NCBI GenBank assembly: GCA_963845755.1
Contig: CAWJTV010000011.1
Span: 64,001-128,000, forward strand
Direction of reading: 5' to 3'
Length of the DNA stretch: 64,000 nt
Origin: an uncultured Planctomycetota bacterium
Lineage (GTDB): Bacteria > Planctomycetota > Planctomycetia > Isosphaerales > Isosphaeraceae
Shown: one piece after another, positions 21,996-33,169 of the stretch
How the letters are laid out: each line of letters opens with the position of its first letter
Position numbering within the stretch: position 1 is the stretch's first letter
The notes under the pieces: generated by a model
Told to the model about the DNA's origin: nothing
The model's database searches: none
Seen by the model: the letters and a program-made list of their open reading frames with translations, nothing else
Program-made: the position numbers and the translations under genes

Positions 21996-22639
21996 CGCGA
22001 ACCTCCTGTTCGAACCCCTGGGGACTGCCGTTATAACGATCCTGCCGCATTCCCTCTTTGGATGGGACGCCAAGGTTTTCGACCGGCGCGGAGACTATGT
22101 AGCCAGCGGCCGGCTTCCGCTCGGGTCGAATCCCACTGATCTGAAGGGAAGGGAAGAGCCGACGAAATCGAAGGGATGCCTCCCCAGTTAGCAAACTTCA
22201 TGCCGAGATCAAGTCCTCACCGAATGACCGATGCTTCAGCGGGAGAAGATTGTCGAAACTACCGATTCGGCCGGCTGTTCGGTTTTTTCGCCCGGGAACC
22301 TCGGGGTGCCGCCCCGGACCGGTCCGGGGCGCGCGAATGTTCCACAACCTGGTGCTTTTTACAAACCCTTGGATATCTTGGGAGAGAACGAGCAGACTCA
22401 CGTCCACGGCGTGGGGGGCCGGTACCGATCAGCCTGCCACCGGACAAAAGCGATCTCCGGCGGAACTTTTTCCCCGGCAGCGGCACCTTGAGAGAGGATC
22501 GGTGTTGGTCCATGCCACTTCCTCGACGATTCTGGTACGGGGTTCTGGGAAGTTGGAAGTTGGGTCTTGATCATCGTCGGATCCGTCGATTATAGTGATC
22601 CCTGTATTTGTGACGGTCGTTGATTGGACCAAGGTTGGG

Positions 22640-23002
22640 ATGACCATGCCGCGGTTCGTTCGACAATTCCTGTTCGCCTCACTGGTCGCTTGGCACGCCG
22701 CGGTCATGCTCTGCGGCCCATACCTGCACGAGCTGGCCGGTTCCGGGCACGGCAACGGCGCGGTCTCGTCGAAGGAACAGCGTCCCGACGGCCCCGCGCA
22801 ATCCAACCGCGACGTCACGGACGGCTGCCTCATCTGCCATTTCGTCGCGCAGGGGCAATTGCCGGTCACCTTCTCCGACGGCCCGTCGATCCAGCAGATC
22901 GACGCCCTGACAGTCCCCCCACTCCCAGTCGCACGACCCCTCTCGAACCGGCTCCCAGCCGGCCCTCGCGCTCCGCCAGGGGCGGCCTCCAACCTGTCCT
23001 GA
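22640..23002 (+). CDS. DUF2946-like small exported protein with CxxC and C-terminal RAPP motif
   Basis: Hydrophobic N-terminus with His residues; GCLICH; Pro-rich tail GPRAPP (RAPP codons 22967-22978). Confidence 0.75.
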   Translation: MTMPRFVRQFLFASLVAWHAAVMLCGPYLHELAGSGHGNGAVSSKEQRPDGPAQSNRDVTDGCLICHFVAQGQLPVTFSDGPSIQQIDALTVPPLPVARPLSNRLPAGPRAPPGAASNLS

Positions 23003-23392
23003 CCGGCGTGAGAGCGCGGTCCTTACAGACCGGCCGCCGGCTGGCGTGCGCCACCCTACCTACCGCGAGCTCCCCGATCGAGCCCCGGCATGGGGCCGCG
23101 CACTCGCCCCGACCGATCGCCTCCGGCGCAACGGCGCCGCGGACCGACCGGCCCGCCGATCCCTGGTCAACGGATCGTTAACGCACGGTCCGGTCGCCGA
23201 TCCGGCCCGGCTGATCCCGGCCGGATCGGCTGCACGTGCAATCACCCCTGCGCGTGAGTCGACACGATCCCACCAAGACGGAGCGGCAGCTCGTGGCCCC
23301 GCGCGGTCCGCGACCGTTGATAACGGCCATATCCGGCAAAAATTGACATTGGAATTTGTCCTGATCCGATTCTCATCTCCGAGGAGTTCCCT

Positions 23393-24497
23393 ATGCGTAA
23401 TGATCGTTCGCGGACCGCAAGACCAGGCTTCACGCTCATCGAGCTCCTGGTCGTGATCGCAATCATCGCGGTCCTGATTGCCCTGCTCCTGCCCGCGGTT
23501 CAGGCCGCTCGCGAAGCCGCTCGCCGGGCCCAGTGCGTCAACAACCTGAAGCAGATCGGCCTGGCGCTGCACAACTATCACGACGCCATCAGCACCTTTC
23601 CTTCCGGCTACATCGATTACCAAAACAACTCCATCTATACTCCCGACCTGGACATGGGACCGGGCTGGGGCTGGGCGGCCCTCGCGCTGCCGTTCCTGGA
23701 ACAGCAGCCCCTGTACAACGCGATCAATTTCAACCTGGGCATACGAAGCGCAAGCAACAGCACGGCCGTGCTGACGCCGTTGACCGTCTTCCAGTGTCCT
23801 ACGGATGGTTACAACCCGCAGCCCTGCATCCTCTACGACAGCACGTTCAGCAACCCCATCATCACGGTGGCGCACTCCAACTACGTCGCTGGCAGCGGCT
23901 GGGAGGAATGCTTTGTGAACGCCACCGGGAACCCCACACCATTCTACCTCAACACCAGCGACCCCAACGATCAAGACGGAGACCCCACGGACGGCATCCC
24001 TGGCAATGGCATTACCTGTGGGTATGGCGCGGCCGGCATCGGCATGTTTTCGCGCAGACAGTAACACGCGCAACGCCTCCGTCATTGACGGACTGAGCAA
24101 CACAATCGCCGTCGGCGAGCGCTGCACCGCCCACTCCCCAACCACCTGGGTCGGCGCCGTGACGGGAGCAAGATGCCCCGCGTGGATGGCTACCATCGGC
24201 TGGACAACCCCCAATACTCCTCCCTCCCAGTGCCAGAATACCGGAAATGGCACCGCCTACGACAATGCGGACTTCGACGAAGCCTTGTGCCTCGGCCATG
24301 GCAACGCCACGCACAAGCCCAACAGCGACAACCCGGTCTTCGACCCCGATACGTTTTGGGCCATGCACCCCGGTGGATGCAATTTCCTGTTCGGCGACGG
24401 CTCGGTGCATTTCCTCAAGGTCAGCATGAACCCGGGCGCGTATCAATACCTGATGACCAGAGCCGGCGGCGAGATCATCTCGGGAGATTCCTATTGA
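23393..24497 (+). CDS. DUF1559 prepilin-type protein, frameshifted near 24055
   Basis: [34 protein letters not shown]; second frame carries DGLSNT and [14 protein letters not shown]. Confidence 0.92.
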
Positions 24498-24581
24498 TGG
24501 CCGCGGTCCGCGCGCCTCAAACCGGTGGGCGCTGGCCATTCGCCTGGTTCTTCGCCCCGATTCCGAGGGAGGACTTGACTT

Positions 24582-25019
24582 ATGCGCGTGCAGACAGGTC
24601 TGGTTCTGTTGCTTGGCTTGCTGGCGTGCGCCGGCTGCAACAATGGGAAATCGACCGACGAGTTGATCGCGGATCTGAAGTCGGGCACAGAGATAGAGGG
24701 CGTTAAAGCGGCGCGCACCTTGCCGCGGGGAAGGGGCGATGCGGAAAAGGTCGTTCCGGCGTTGATCGAAGGCCTCACGCATAGGGCCAACGATGTCCGC
24801 CGCAGCTCCGCCCTCAAACTTGGCGAGTTTCACGAACTCGCCAAGGATGCCATCCCCGCGCTCCAGAAGGCGGAGCAGGACGACGCTGACGCCAGGGTCC
24901 GCGAAGCAGCCGGCATCGCCTTGTCGCGCATCGATCCGGAACGATTTCCCTACAAGCTCAAGGTCGGACTTCCCAACACGTCCAAGGGACGGCCGGCGGG
25001 AGCTTCGAGAAGACGCTGA
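24582..25019 (+). CDS. HEAT-repeat lipoprotein
   Basis: Lipobox CAGC; VPALIEGL...VRRSSA..LG; AIPAL....D....VREAA..AL. Confidence 0.8.
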   Translation: MRVQTGLVLLLGLLACAGCNNGKSTDELIADLKSGTEIEGVKAARTLPRGRGDAEKVVPALIEGLTHRANDVRRSSALKLGEFHELAKDAIPALQKAEQDDADARVREAAGIALSRIDPERFPYKLKVGLPNTSKGRPAGASRRR

Positions 25020-25309
25020 TTCGAAGGCCGTCGGTGCCGGCGCGCAGCCTCATCCTGACCACGGGACTGGAAGCTTTTCTCGTATGTGAAACGTGCTCGC
25101 TGATCTTTCAGTTGGCGGGCATGGCTTGTCGGTTGGAGACGGTGCTCTGCCGTGTTTTCTGGCGGATCCCCGGCTGAGCCGGCCATCCTGGGCCGGATCC
25201 CTTGTGTTGTGAACGTCGAACCCCGGGCCGGGACGCGTTCGCGGTGCGGACATCCCGCGCGCGCGCTCGGCCCTCATCTACCACAGCCCATTACTACGGA
25301 GACGCAACG

Positions 25310-25771
25310 ATGAACCGTCGCGAGATTCTCGGTGTCGCTGGGGCCAGCTTAGCGGGAGTCGCGCTCGGGGCGACCGAGTCCCGAGCCCAGCATCCCCACC
25401 ATCACGACAAGCTGCATGGCGATTGCCTCAAGGCCTGCGAGGCGTGCGCCACCGTCTGCAACGAGACGTTCCATCACTGCTTCGAGAAGGTCAAGGATGG
25501 TCACGGTGACCATCACGTCGTCACCATCCTGACCATCGACTGCCAGGAGTTCTGCGGCCTGGCGTCGGAGCTCATCGCCCGGGAAAGTCCGATGGTCTCG
25601 GTCATCTGCGCGGCCTGTGCCGACGCTTGCAAGATGTGCGCGGCGGAGTGTTCCAAGCACGATGACCCGCAGATGAAGGAGTGCACCGCCGCCTGCAAGG
25701 CCTGTGAGACCGCGTGTCGCGCCATGGCCAAGGCGGCCGGCGAAGCCAAACCCGAAGTCTTAGACCGCTAA
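25310..25771 (+). CDS. Tat-exported four-helix-bundle copper storage protein (Csp/DUF326-like)
   Basis: MNRREIL twin-arginine signal; HPHHH; 16 Cys mostly in CxxC/CxxxC arrays. Confidence 0.88.
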   Translation: MNRREILGVAGASLAGVALGATESRAQHPHHHDKLHGDCLKACEACATVCNETFHHCFEKVKDGHGDHHVVTILTIDCQEFCGLASELIARESPMVSVICAACADACKMCAAECSKHDDPQMKECTAACKACETACRAMAKAAGEAKPEVLDR

Positions 25772-25834
25772 ACCGGAGGGTGCGTGCGTACCGGATTCGT
25801 GTCATGATTCCTTGATTCGTGGTGGCCTTTTGCG

Positions 25835-27128
25835 ATGAACCCGCTTGCCTGGCTGACGAACCGGGGGGACGTCCTCACGCGGGACGTCCTTCCGGCCCTG
25901 GCGCCGTATATTCGCTGGCTGAGAACCCCGCTCGGCTCGCTCACCCTGGCGGCACTCGCCGCGGGCCTATGCGGGATGTTTCTGCACCCGCAAGGGTTCG
26001 TGGTGTTCTTCGGTGTCCTGGCGGTGATGACCCTGGGCCTGGCCTGGCCCTGGCTGGGCGTCCGCGGGCTGGAGGGCTTGCTGAGCTTCGACCGCCTCCG
26101 CTGCCGCGAGGGGGAATCGGTCCAGGCGAAACTGACCCTCCGCAACCGGATGTTCTGGAGTGCCTGTGGGATCGCGATCAAGGGAGGGTTCCACGCGCCA
26201 TCGGGTGAGCGTGGCGATGAGACCGCGCTGGTTGGCCTGGCGTCGGTGCCTCCCCGGCGCACAATCGTGAAAATGTTCGAGTTCGTCCCTCAAATCCGCG
26301 GCGAGTATCCCATCCGCCGGCCTCGGGTGGTCTGCGGCTTCCCGTTCGGCCTGAGGGAGGCATCGCGGCCGCTGGATGTCGCCGAGTCGCTGCTGGTCTG
26401 GCCCCGGACTTTCCCCGTCCCGATGATGCCCGAGACCGCCGGCGCCCGGGCGTCCGACGGCCTGGCCACCCGCGACCGCGCGGGCCAGTGGGGCGATCCG
26501 CTGGGCGTCCGGCCTTACCGCCGCGGCGATCCGCTCCGTCGCGTCCACTGGGTCCTGACCGCGCGGCACGGAGAGTTGATCGTCCGCGAGCTCCAATCGA
26601 ACGCCGTCCCTCGCGTCCAGATCGTGCTCGATGCCCACCCGGCCGCGCACCGCGGGTCGGGGCCGGACAGCTCGCGCGAGTGGGGCATCCGCATCGCCGC
26701 GAGCCTGGCCGAGGGTTGGATCCGCGAAGGAGCCGACGTCGAGATGGTCGTCGACCGGGGCCTGGTCCCGGCATGCGGCGGTTCGAAGCGGGCCCGCTCG
26801 GCGACCTTGCTCGACGCCCTGGCGCGATTGGCCCCGGCGTGTGACCGAACCCTCGAGGAATTGCTCCGCCTCCCCGAATGCCGTGGCGACGGCGGATTGC
26901 GGGTCATCGTCACGACGGACATCGCGGCTGCGCGACGACAGTGGACAAGAAGCCCGGCGACGGCCCAGAGATGCCTGGGTCGTGCTCCAGGCCGCGGCGT
27001 TCGGATCCGACGAGACCTCCGCTCCGACTGAACCCTTGCCGGTGGCTCCCTGGATCCGGATCGGTGGCCCGGAGCACGTGGCGGCATGTCTCCACCGGCC
27101 GGGAAAGGAGATTCTGCTTGGTGCCTGA
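25835..27128 (+). CDS. DUF58 family protein, frameshifted near 26925
   Basis: RG.Y......CGFPFGL; LVWP; GVRPYRRGDPLRRVHW..TARHGELIVRE. C-terminus continues in ORF 26631..27128. Confidence 0.88.
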
Positions 27129-29473
27129 TCGTCGTGAAGAGGTGCGGGTCTGCTGGACGACCCAGGCCATGGCGGGACTCGCCGCCATTGCGCTGGACCA
27201 AGCCGTGCTGGAGCCGGGCCGGTCGCGTGCCGTCGCCTTGACGTGGACGGTCGCCGCGCTCGTCGCGCCGATGCTGGCCGCGGGCTGGTGGCTGGGAAGG
27301 GCTCGGAGGACCCGGTCGGGCTCCTTCCCGATCGTCGCCCTCCTGATCGTGTTCGCTCTCCCATTCGTCGGCGAGGCGGTTCGGTTCGCCGTCAGCGGCC
27401 GCGGGGCGATGGCGGAGGTCCTCTTGATGGCCGCCTTGCGAAACCTGGGGCTCGGCCTGGCCGCGATGGCCCACCGGCTGTTCTATGCGCGACTGTCGGC
27501 CGTCGTCAGCCTGTTCCTGGTGACTGTGGCCTCGTCGGTCGGCGGCGACGCCGGACTGGCCGTCCTGGGGCCGATCGGCGGATTCGCCATGGTGGGGACG
27601 CTCTGGTTGATGCTCGTCTACTGGAACGGCCTGGCCCTGGAGTCGGGCGCGGGACCAGCGTCGCGGCGGCTCCCGCTGTCGGGCGCGGCCTGGGTGCTGG
27701 GGATCCTTGGGATGCTCGCCGCGGTCGCGGCGGTCGGGCCTTCGCGCGCGGCCACCGCGCTGGCGGGCCTGCTGCCCACCTCGGGCGGCACGGACTGGAG
27801 CGACCCCGATGCCCGATCGGGGGTCGGCGACGGCGACCACGAGGTCAGCGCCAGCGAGCACCCCGAATCGGTCGGGTTCACCGAAAGCGAGGTCTACCTG
27901 GAAACCGACCGGCCCAGCCTCTACGACGCGTTCAACGAGACGTACGGCGAGCCGTTCAAGCCCAAGAAGCAAGAGAAGATGATCGCCCTGGGACAGCAGG
28001 ACATCGGCCCGCAGGAGGAGCGACCGGCCGAGAACCTCCAGGCCGGTCGCGAGTTCGCCGCAGTGCGGCGGAAACCCCAACCGCATCCCCGACGGCCCGG
28101 TGAGCGGGCGGCCAAGGCGTTGGTTTACGTCAAGGGCCCGACTCCGCTGCACCTGCCCTTGACGTCGTACAGCCACTTCGACGGCACGGCCTGGCACGAG
28201 GAGCCCTGCTGCAACCGGCATCTCCCCGTCGAGCCGGAACCCCACGGTTCGTGGTTGAGACTGCCGTGGTCGGAGGCGCCATTCCTGGCCGGGATCGTCG
28301 CTCACCAGGTCAAGATCGGAACGCTCGAATCGAGCCCGATGCCGGTACCGCCGCACCTGACCCGGTTTCGTGTCGGCAGTGTCAACCGGCTCGACTTCTT
28401 CGGCTGGGCCCAGTTCGGAATCATCCGGATGACCGACCGGACCGTGCCGGCGGGGACCGTGATCGACTCCGAAGCGCGGACGGTCGACCCCCAGGAGCTG
28501 AAGTCGATCCCGTTCCGGCCGCGGCTGGACAATGAGGACGACCACAACCTCTCGTTCCAGGGAGATTATCGGATCGACCCGTCGGTGGCCGCGCTGGCGA
28601 GGAGTTGGGTTGTGGACCGACCCGAAGGCTGGTCACAGATTGAGGTCGTCATCGCCGCGCTTCGGAGTGGCTACGGTCACGATCGTTCGGCCACGGCTCC
28701 GTCCGGCTGCACCGACGTCGTCGCCGAGTTCTTGCTGCGCTCCCATCGCGGCCCCGATTACCTGTTCGCCTCGGCGGCGGCCGTGATCCTGCGGTCGCTG
28801 GGTTACCCGACGCGGGTCGTCAGTGGTTTATATGCGGCGCCGGGACGATATGACCCCCGTACGCGCCACACACCGGTGACCCGCGACGACGTCCACTTCT
28901 GGGCCGAGATCCGGCTGTGGAACGGCATCTGGGTCGCCATCGAGCCCACCCCTGGCTACGAGCTGTTGCGCCCGGTTCGCCCCTGGTCCGAGCAGATTGT
29001 CCAGGCGGCTCTGGGCCGCCGGGAGATGGGCACAAGGTCACGCCGCCGGCCTTCTGGCCGCGGTAGTCGGCTTCGGGGCGCTTGTGATCCGGCGACACGA
29101 CGTGCTCGATCGGCTCGCAACCCTCGGGCTGGCCCTGCGCATGGGACACGACCCGAGGCGGTACGTGATGTATGCGTTGAAGTTGATCGAGCGACGGTCG
29201 CGGCGGGCCGGCCGCGCGCGACCGCCGGGACTCACCCTCGGCCGCTGGTATTTCCCCCTCGCGTGGGAAGCGACGGGAGAGGACCGAACCGCGCTGGAAG
29301 GGCTCGTCCGGCTGGCCGACTGGGCGACCCACGCTCCCGACCGCTCAGGCCTGCCCGCACCCGCAAGCGCGCACGACATCCAGCAAACCTGCCGGTCCGC
29401 AGTGCGGGTGTGGACACAGGCTCGCTTCCGCCATGCCATGACTTCCCGGCTCGGAAAGGCGGCCATCTCATGA
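27121..29473 (+). CDS. Membrane-bound transglutaminase-like (TgpA/DUF3488-type) protein, frameshifted near 29015
   Basis: Several N-terminal TMs; YSHFDGTAW; FLL...RGPDYLFASAAAVILRSLGYPTRVVSG; HFWAEI; WVAIEPTPG. Tail is in ORF 28997..29473. Confidence 0.85.
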
Positions 29474-30447
29474 GGACGATGACGACCATGACGGTCCTGA
29501 TGAACGAGACCCATGCTGACCCGATCGAGAGGATCCGCGCCGCGCTCAACGGTGCACTGCGCGGCAAGGCCGATGTGGTAGAGCATGTGCTCGCCTGCCT
29601 GCTGGCGCGGGGGCACTTGCTCGTCGAGGATCTGCCGGGCCTGGGCAAGACGACGCTGGCCAAGGCCCTCGCGCTGGCGCTGGGCGGCAAGTTTGCGCGG
29701 GTCCAATGTACCCCGGACCTCCTGCCCGGCGACATCACCGGGTTCCGCGTGTTCGACCAGCACACCCGCGAGTTCGAATTCCTGCCGGGTCCGGTCTTCG
29801 CCGACGTGCTCCTGGCCGACGAGATCAATCGCGCGACCCCGCGCACCCAGAGTGCCCTCCTCGAAGCCATGGCCGAGCGACAGGTCACCGTGGACAACGT
29901 CAGGCACGTGCTGTCGGACACGTTCTTCGTGATCGCTACCCAGAATCCGGTCGAGCAGCATGGGACATACCCGTTGCCCGAGGCCCAGCTCGACCGATTC
30001 GCCGTGAAGCTGCGGATCGGCTACCCGGGACGCGATCACGAGCTGGCCATGCTGGAAGCGGCGGTTGGCCGAGGGATAGACGGAGACCGGTCCGTGGCTC
30101 CCGTGATGGACCCGGGCCAACTCCGAGCGCTTCAGGAACGTGTGGCGGAGATCGCCGTCGGCGCGGCGGTTCGCGAGTACATCGTCGCTCTGGCCCATGC
30201 TACCCGGACGCATCGGCAGGTCACCCTCGGACTGAGCCCGCGCGGATTGTTGATCTGGCAGCGACTGGCGCAGGCCCGCGCGTTCCTCGACAGCCGGAGC
30301 TACGTGACACCGGACGACGTCCAGGACGTCGCCGAACCCGTGCTGGGGGTCCGCCTCGGCGTCGAGCCCGACGCGATCGCTCGGATCCACTCCGAGATCA
30401 CGGCGTCTGTTCCGGTCCCCGTTTATGTCAAGACTGGTCCCGAGTGA
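29470..30447 (+). CDS. MoxR-family AAA+ ATPase
   Basis: ATGA overlap with the upstream gene; GHLLVEDLPGLGKT, RVQCTPDLLPGDITG, LLADEINR, GTYPLPEAQLDRF. Confidence 0.95.
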   Translation: MRTMTTMTVLMNETHADPIERIRAALNGALRGKADVVEHVLACLLARGHLLVEDLPGLGKTTLAKALALALGGKFARVQCTPDLLPGDITGFRVFDQHTREFEFLPGPVFADVLLADEINRATPRTQSALLEAMAERQVTVDNVRHVLSDTFFVIATQNPVEQHGTYPLPEAQLDRFAVKLRIGYPGRDHELAMLEAAVGRGIDGDRSVAPVMDPGQLRALQERVAEIAVGAAVREYIVALAHATRTHRQVTLGLSPRGLLIWQRLAQARAFLDSRSYVTPDDVQDVAEPVLGVRLGVEPDAIARIHSEITASVPVPVYVKTGPE

Positions 30448-30495
30448 GGCGGCTCTCGTGTGGCCCAACCCCTGAACTCAGAAAAAGGGCATTGC

Positions 30496-31002
30496 ATGAA
30501 GACATCATCCTGGTTATCCACGCCCGCGTATCGGGCGACTCTCGCGGCCGCCTGCCTGCTCGCACTTGCGGGTTGTCGAGGCGAGTCGTCCCCCGGCGAT
30601 GACGAAGACCACGTCGGCCACGTCATCCCCGCGCACAAGCCGAGGACGTTTCCGGAGGCCGTCCATCGCCTGCGTGAGCTGAACGATCAGATCGGCCGCG
30701 AGATCGGCGGAGGAGCATCTGCGGCGGCGTCCGGGGATAAGACCCTACACATCGCGCTGGACATCGCCAACTGGCTCCCCGAGATCGCCGCGGATTGTGA
30801 CATGCCCGAGACCCCCTGGAACGTGGTGAACACTCGGTCGGAGGTGCTGGCCGCGGACTACCAGGCCATCCTTTCCAACCCGGCGACGGCCGGCGCGGCC
30901 AACGAGTTGAAAAACACGGGAAAGGCGATCGCCGACCTCGAGGCCCTGCTGGCCGCCGCCGACCTCCGTTGGTTTGCCGGAACTCATCAGAAGCGAGGGT
31001 AA
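30496..31002 (+). CDS. Lipoprotein with His-rich N-terminal segment
   Basis: Lipobox LAGC; DEDHVGHVIPAHKP. Confidence 0.75.
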   Translation: MKTSSWLSTPAYRATLAAACLLALAGCRGESSPGDDEDHVGHVIPAHKPRTFPEAVHRLRELNDQIGREIGGGASAAASGDKTLHIALDIANWLPEIAADCDMPETPWNVVNTRSEVLAADYQAILSNPATAGAANELKNTGKAIADLEALLAAADLRWFAGTHQKRG

Positions 31003-31006
31003 CGTC

Positions 31007-32548
31007 ATGTTCGAGACCATCTTCTGGGGCGCGGTGCTCCGCGTTTCCCAGGCATTCATGCAGGCAGCTCCGACGATCCTGGTGGGGATCGTCGTGGCGG
31101 CGATCTTCCGGCGGCTGCTCGGGCACGGGGGGACCCGACGGCTCTTCGGCACCGGGACCCGGCGCGAGCTGCCGCAGGCGTGGCTCGTCGGGATGTTGAT
31201 GCCGATCTGCTCGCTGGGTGTAATCCCGGTCGCCCAGGAGATGCGGCGGGCGCGGGTCTCCGGGGGTGCGATCCTGGCATTCGCCATGACCGCTCCGCTG
31301 TTCAACCCGTTATCGATGCTCTACGGCCTCACGCTCTCGGCGCCGTGGGTCATCCTGTCGTTCGCATTCTGCACGATGCTGGTGGTGACGGCTGTGGGCG
31401 CGGCGTGGAACGGGCTCTTCCCGATGGCCGCATCGGAGGAACCGGCCCCGTCGCCGGTCGCCTATGGCGTGAAGCGAATGATCGCGATCGTCGTGGCCGC
31501 TGCGCGCGCGATCGTCGGCCCGTTTCTGGTTTACGCGGTGCTGGCTCTGCTGGGCGTGGCACTACTCGCCGCCTTGGTGCCGCACGGCAGCCTCATGACG
31601 ACCATGGAGCACAGCAACCCTTACGCCCCGCTGGCGATGACTGCGGTGGCGATCCCCGCGTATGCCACGCCATTGATGGCCATGTCGCAGCTCGGCTCGA
31701 TGTTCCAGCACGCCAACTCGGTCGGGGCGGCGTTTGTCCTATTGACCCTGGGCGCGGGAATCAATCTCGGGTTCATCGCCTGGGTCGGGCGGACCTACGG
31801 ACTGAAGCGCGGCCTGGCCTGGCTGGCTATCCTGGTGGCCGTGGTGCTCTCCCTGGCCTACGCGATCGAGAAGCCGCTCTATCCCAGCGAGATCCAGCCG
31901 GCCGGCCATACCCACGCCTTCGACATCTATTGTTGCCCGTTCGTTTCCGGTACGAGCCATTTGCCGGGGACCGTCCTGGCGAAACTCAAGGAAGACCTCC
32001 ATACGTTCGAGCGCTTCGGCATGACCGTTCTGGCCGTGCTCGCCGTGATGGGGGTGACGCTGCGGGCCCTTGACCGTCGATGGCGCATCGAGGACTGGCT
32101 GGAGCGATCCTCGGAGCCAAGCGAGCGACCCGAATCCCGCCTCGACGTCGCGCTCCCCGCCCCGGTCCTGGGCGTGATTGCTCTCGCCGGGCTCGTGGTC
32201 CTCAGCGGAGTCGGGTGTTACGCCTATTACCCCGCCCCTGAGGAGACCTTCAAAGAAATGTCGATTCTTCGAGCGGAAGTGTTGACCGCGGCGACCAGCG
32301 GCAACACGAAGCACGCCCTGCACTTCATCCCAATCTGGGACGACTGGACACGACGGCTCCAGGTGAGCGCCTTCCTCCGTGCGGGGACGCTCAGTCCCTA
32401 TCGGCGGATGAAGGCGAAAGTGTTTCGTGATCGCCTCGAATTCCTCAAGCACGCCGTCGAGGAGGGCGACCGGGAAGAGAGCCGTGAGTACGTCCAGGCC
32501 GTCGACCGGGCCTACCGCCGGATCGCACAGGTCTTCCTCGGAACGTAG
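31007..32548 (+). CDS. DUF318-type (ArsP-like) permease
   Basis: Multi-TM protein; GMLMPICSLGVIP, AF...AP..NP; GHTHAFDIYCCPF. Confidence 0.82.
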   Translation: MFETIFWGAVLRVSQAFMQAAPTILVGIVVAAIFRRLLGHGGTRRLFGTGTRRELPQAWLVGMLMPICSLGVIPVAQEMRRARVSGGAILAFAMTAPLFNPLSMLYGLTLSAPWVILSFAFCTMLVVTAVGAAWNGLFPMAASEEPAPSPVAYGVKRMIAIVVAAARAIVGPFLVYAVLALLGVALLAALVPHGSLMTTMEHSNPYAPLAMTAVAIPAYATPLMAMSQLGSMFQHANSVGAAFVLLTLGAGINLGFIAWVGRTYGLKRGLAWLAILVAVVLSLAYAIEKPLYPSEIQPAGHTHAFDIYCCPFVSGTSHLPGTVLAKLKEDLHTFERFGMTVLAVLAVMGVTLRALDRRWRIEDWLERSSEPSERPESRLDVALPAPVLGVIALAGLVVLSGVGCYAYYPAPEETFKEMSILRAEVLTAATSGNTKHALHFIPIWDDWTRRLQVSAFLRAGTLSPYRRMKAKVFRDRLEFLKHAVEEGDREESREYVQAVDRAYRRIAQVFLGT

Positions 32549-32631
32549 GCCTCGAGTCCCTGATTCGTTCGTGGACTGATGCGGGCTCGGACGCTTTGAA
32601 TCGCACACCAAGAACATAAGGACTCAAGAAG

Positions 32632-33051
32632 ATGCCTTCACGAACCCCGATGACTCGGCGCACGATGCTCTCCGGCTCACTGGCCCTGATGCTGGCCGGG
32701 TGCGGCGTACCGGAATCGAAGCCGATTCCGCCCGAAGAACGGGGGCTGAAGCAGTTCGCCGAGCTCTATCGCAACCTCGTGACCAAGAACCACCGCGGAC
32801 CCAAGTCGCTCAAGGAGCTCAACGTGAAAGGGCAGGGGTATCCGATGGCCGTCGAAGCCATCAAATCGGGCGACATCGTCGTCCAGTGGGGCGCCACGCT
32901 GACCCCGACCGGCGAGCCGACGGATGCCGTCCTGGCCTACATGAAGACCGTGCCCGGGCAACGAGAGCAGGTCCTGATGCAGGACGGCTGGACGATCAAG
33001 TCGATGACCGCCGACGAGTTCAAGACGGCGCCGAATGCCAGTCCTCAATGA
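32632..33051 (+). CDS. Small planctomycete lipoprotein
   Basis: TRRTML plus lipobox LAGC; VLAY.K.VP....VLMQDG motif. Confidence 0.7.
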   Translation: MPSRTPMTRRTMLSGSLALMLAGCGVPESKPIPPEERGLKQFAELYRNLVTKNHRGPKSLKELNVKGQGYPMAVEAIKSGDIVVQWGATLTPTGEPTDAVLAYMKTVPGQREQVLMQDGWTIKSMTADEFKTAPNASPQ

Positions 33052-33169
33052 GCCGGGTATCACCGAGAGAGCGAGAACTCCAAGCAAGAGGGGCCGAACC
33101 GCATCATGCCGGCCGGCCCCGGGGGAAGATCGCCGGGTGATGCCCACCCCACGAGAAGAGCCGTCAGGA

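Noticed and set aside
23319..23333. GATAACGGCCATATC as a Fur/Zur-like operator
   Set aside because: Only a 4-bp inverted repeat, too weak without comparative data.
26878..30447. 1189-aa transglutaminase-MoxR fusion ORF
   Set aside because: A frameshift near 29015 explains it. The natural TGase tail is in ORF 28997..29473, which ends in an ATGA overlap with the MoxR start at 29470.
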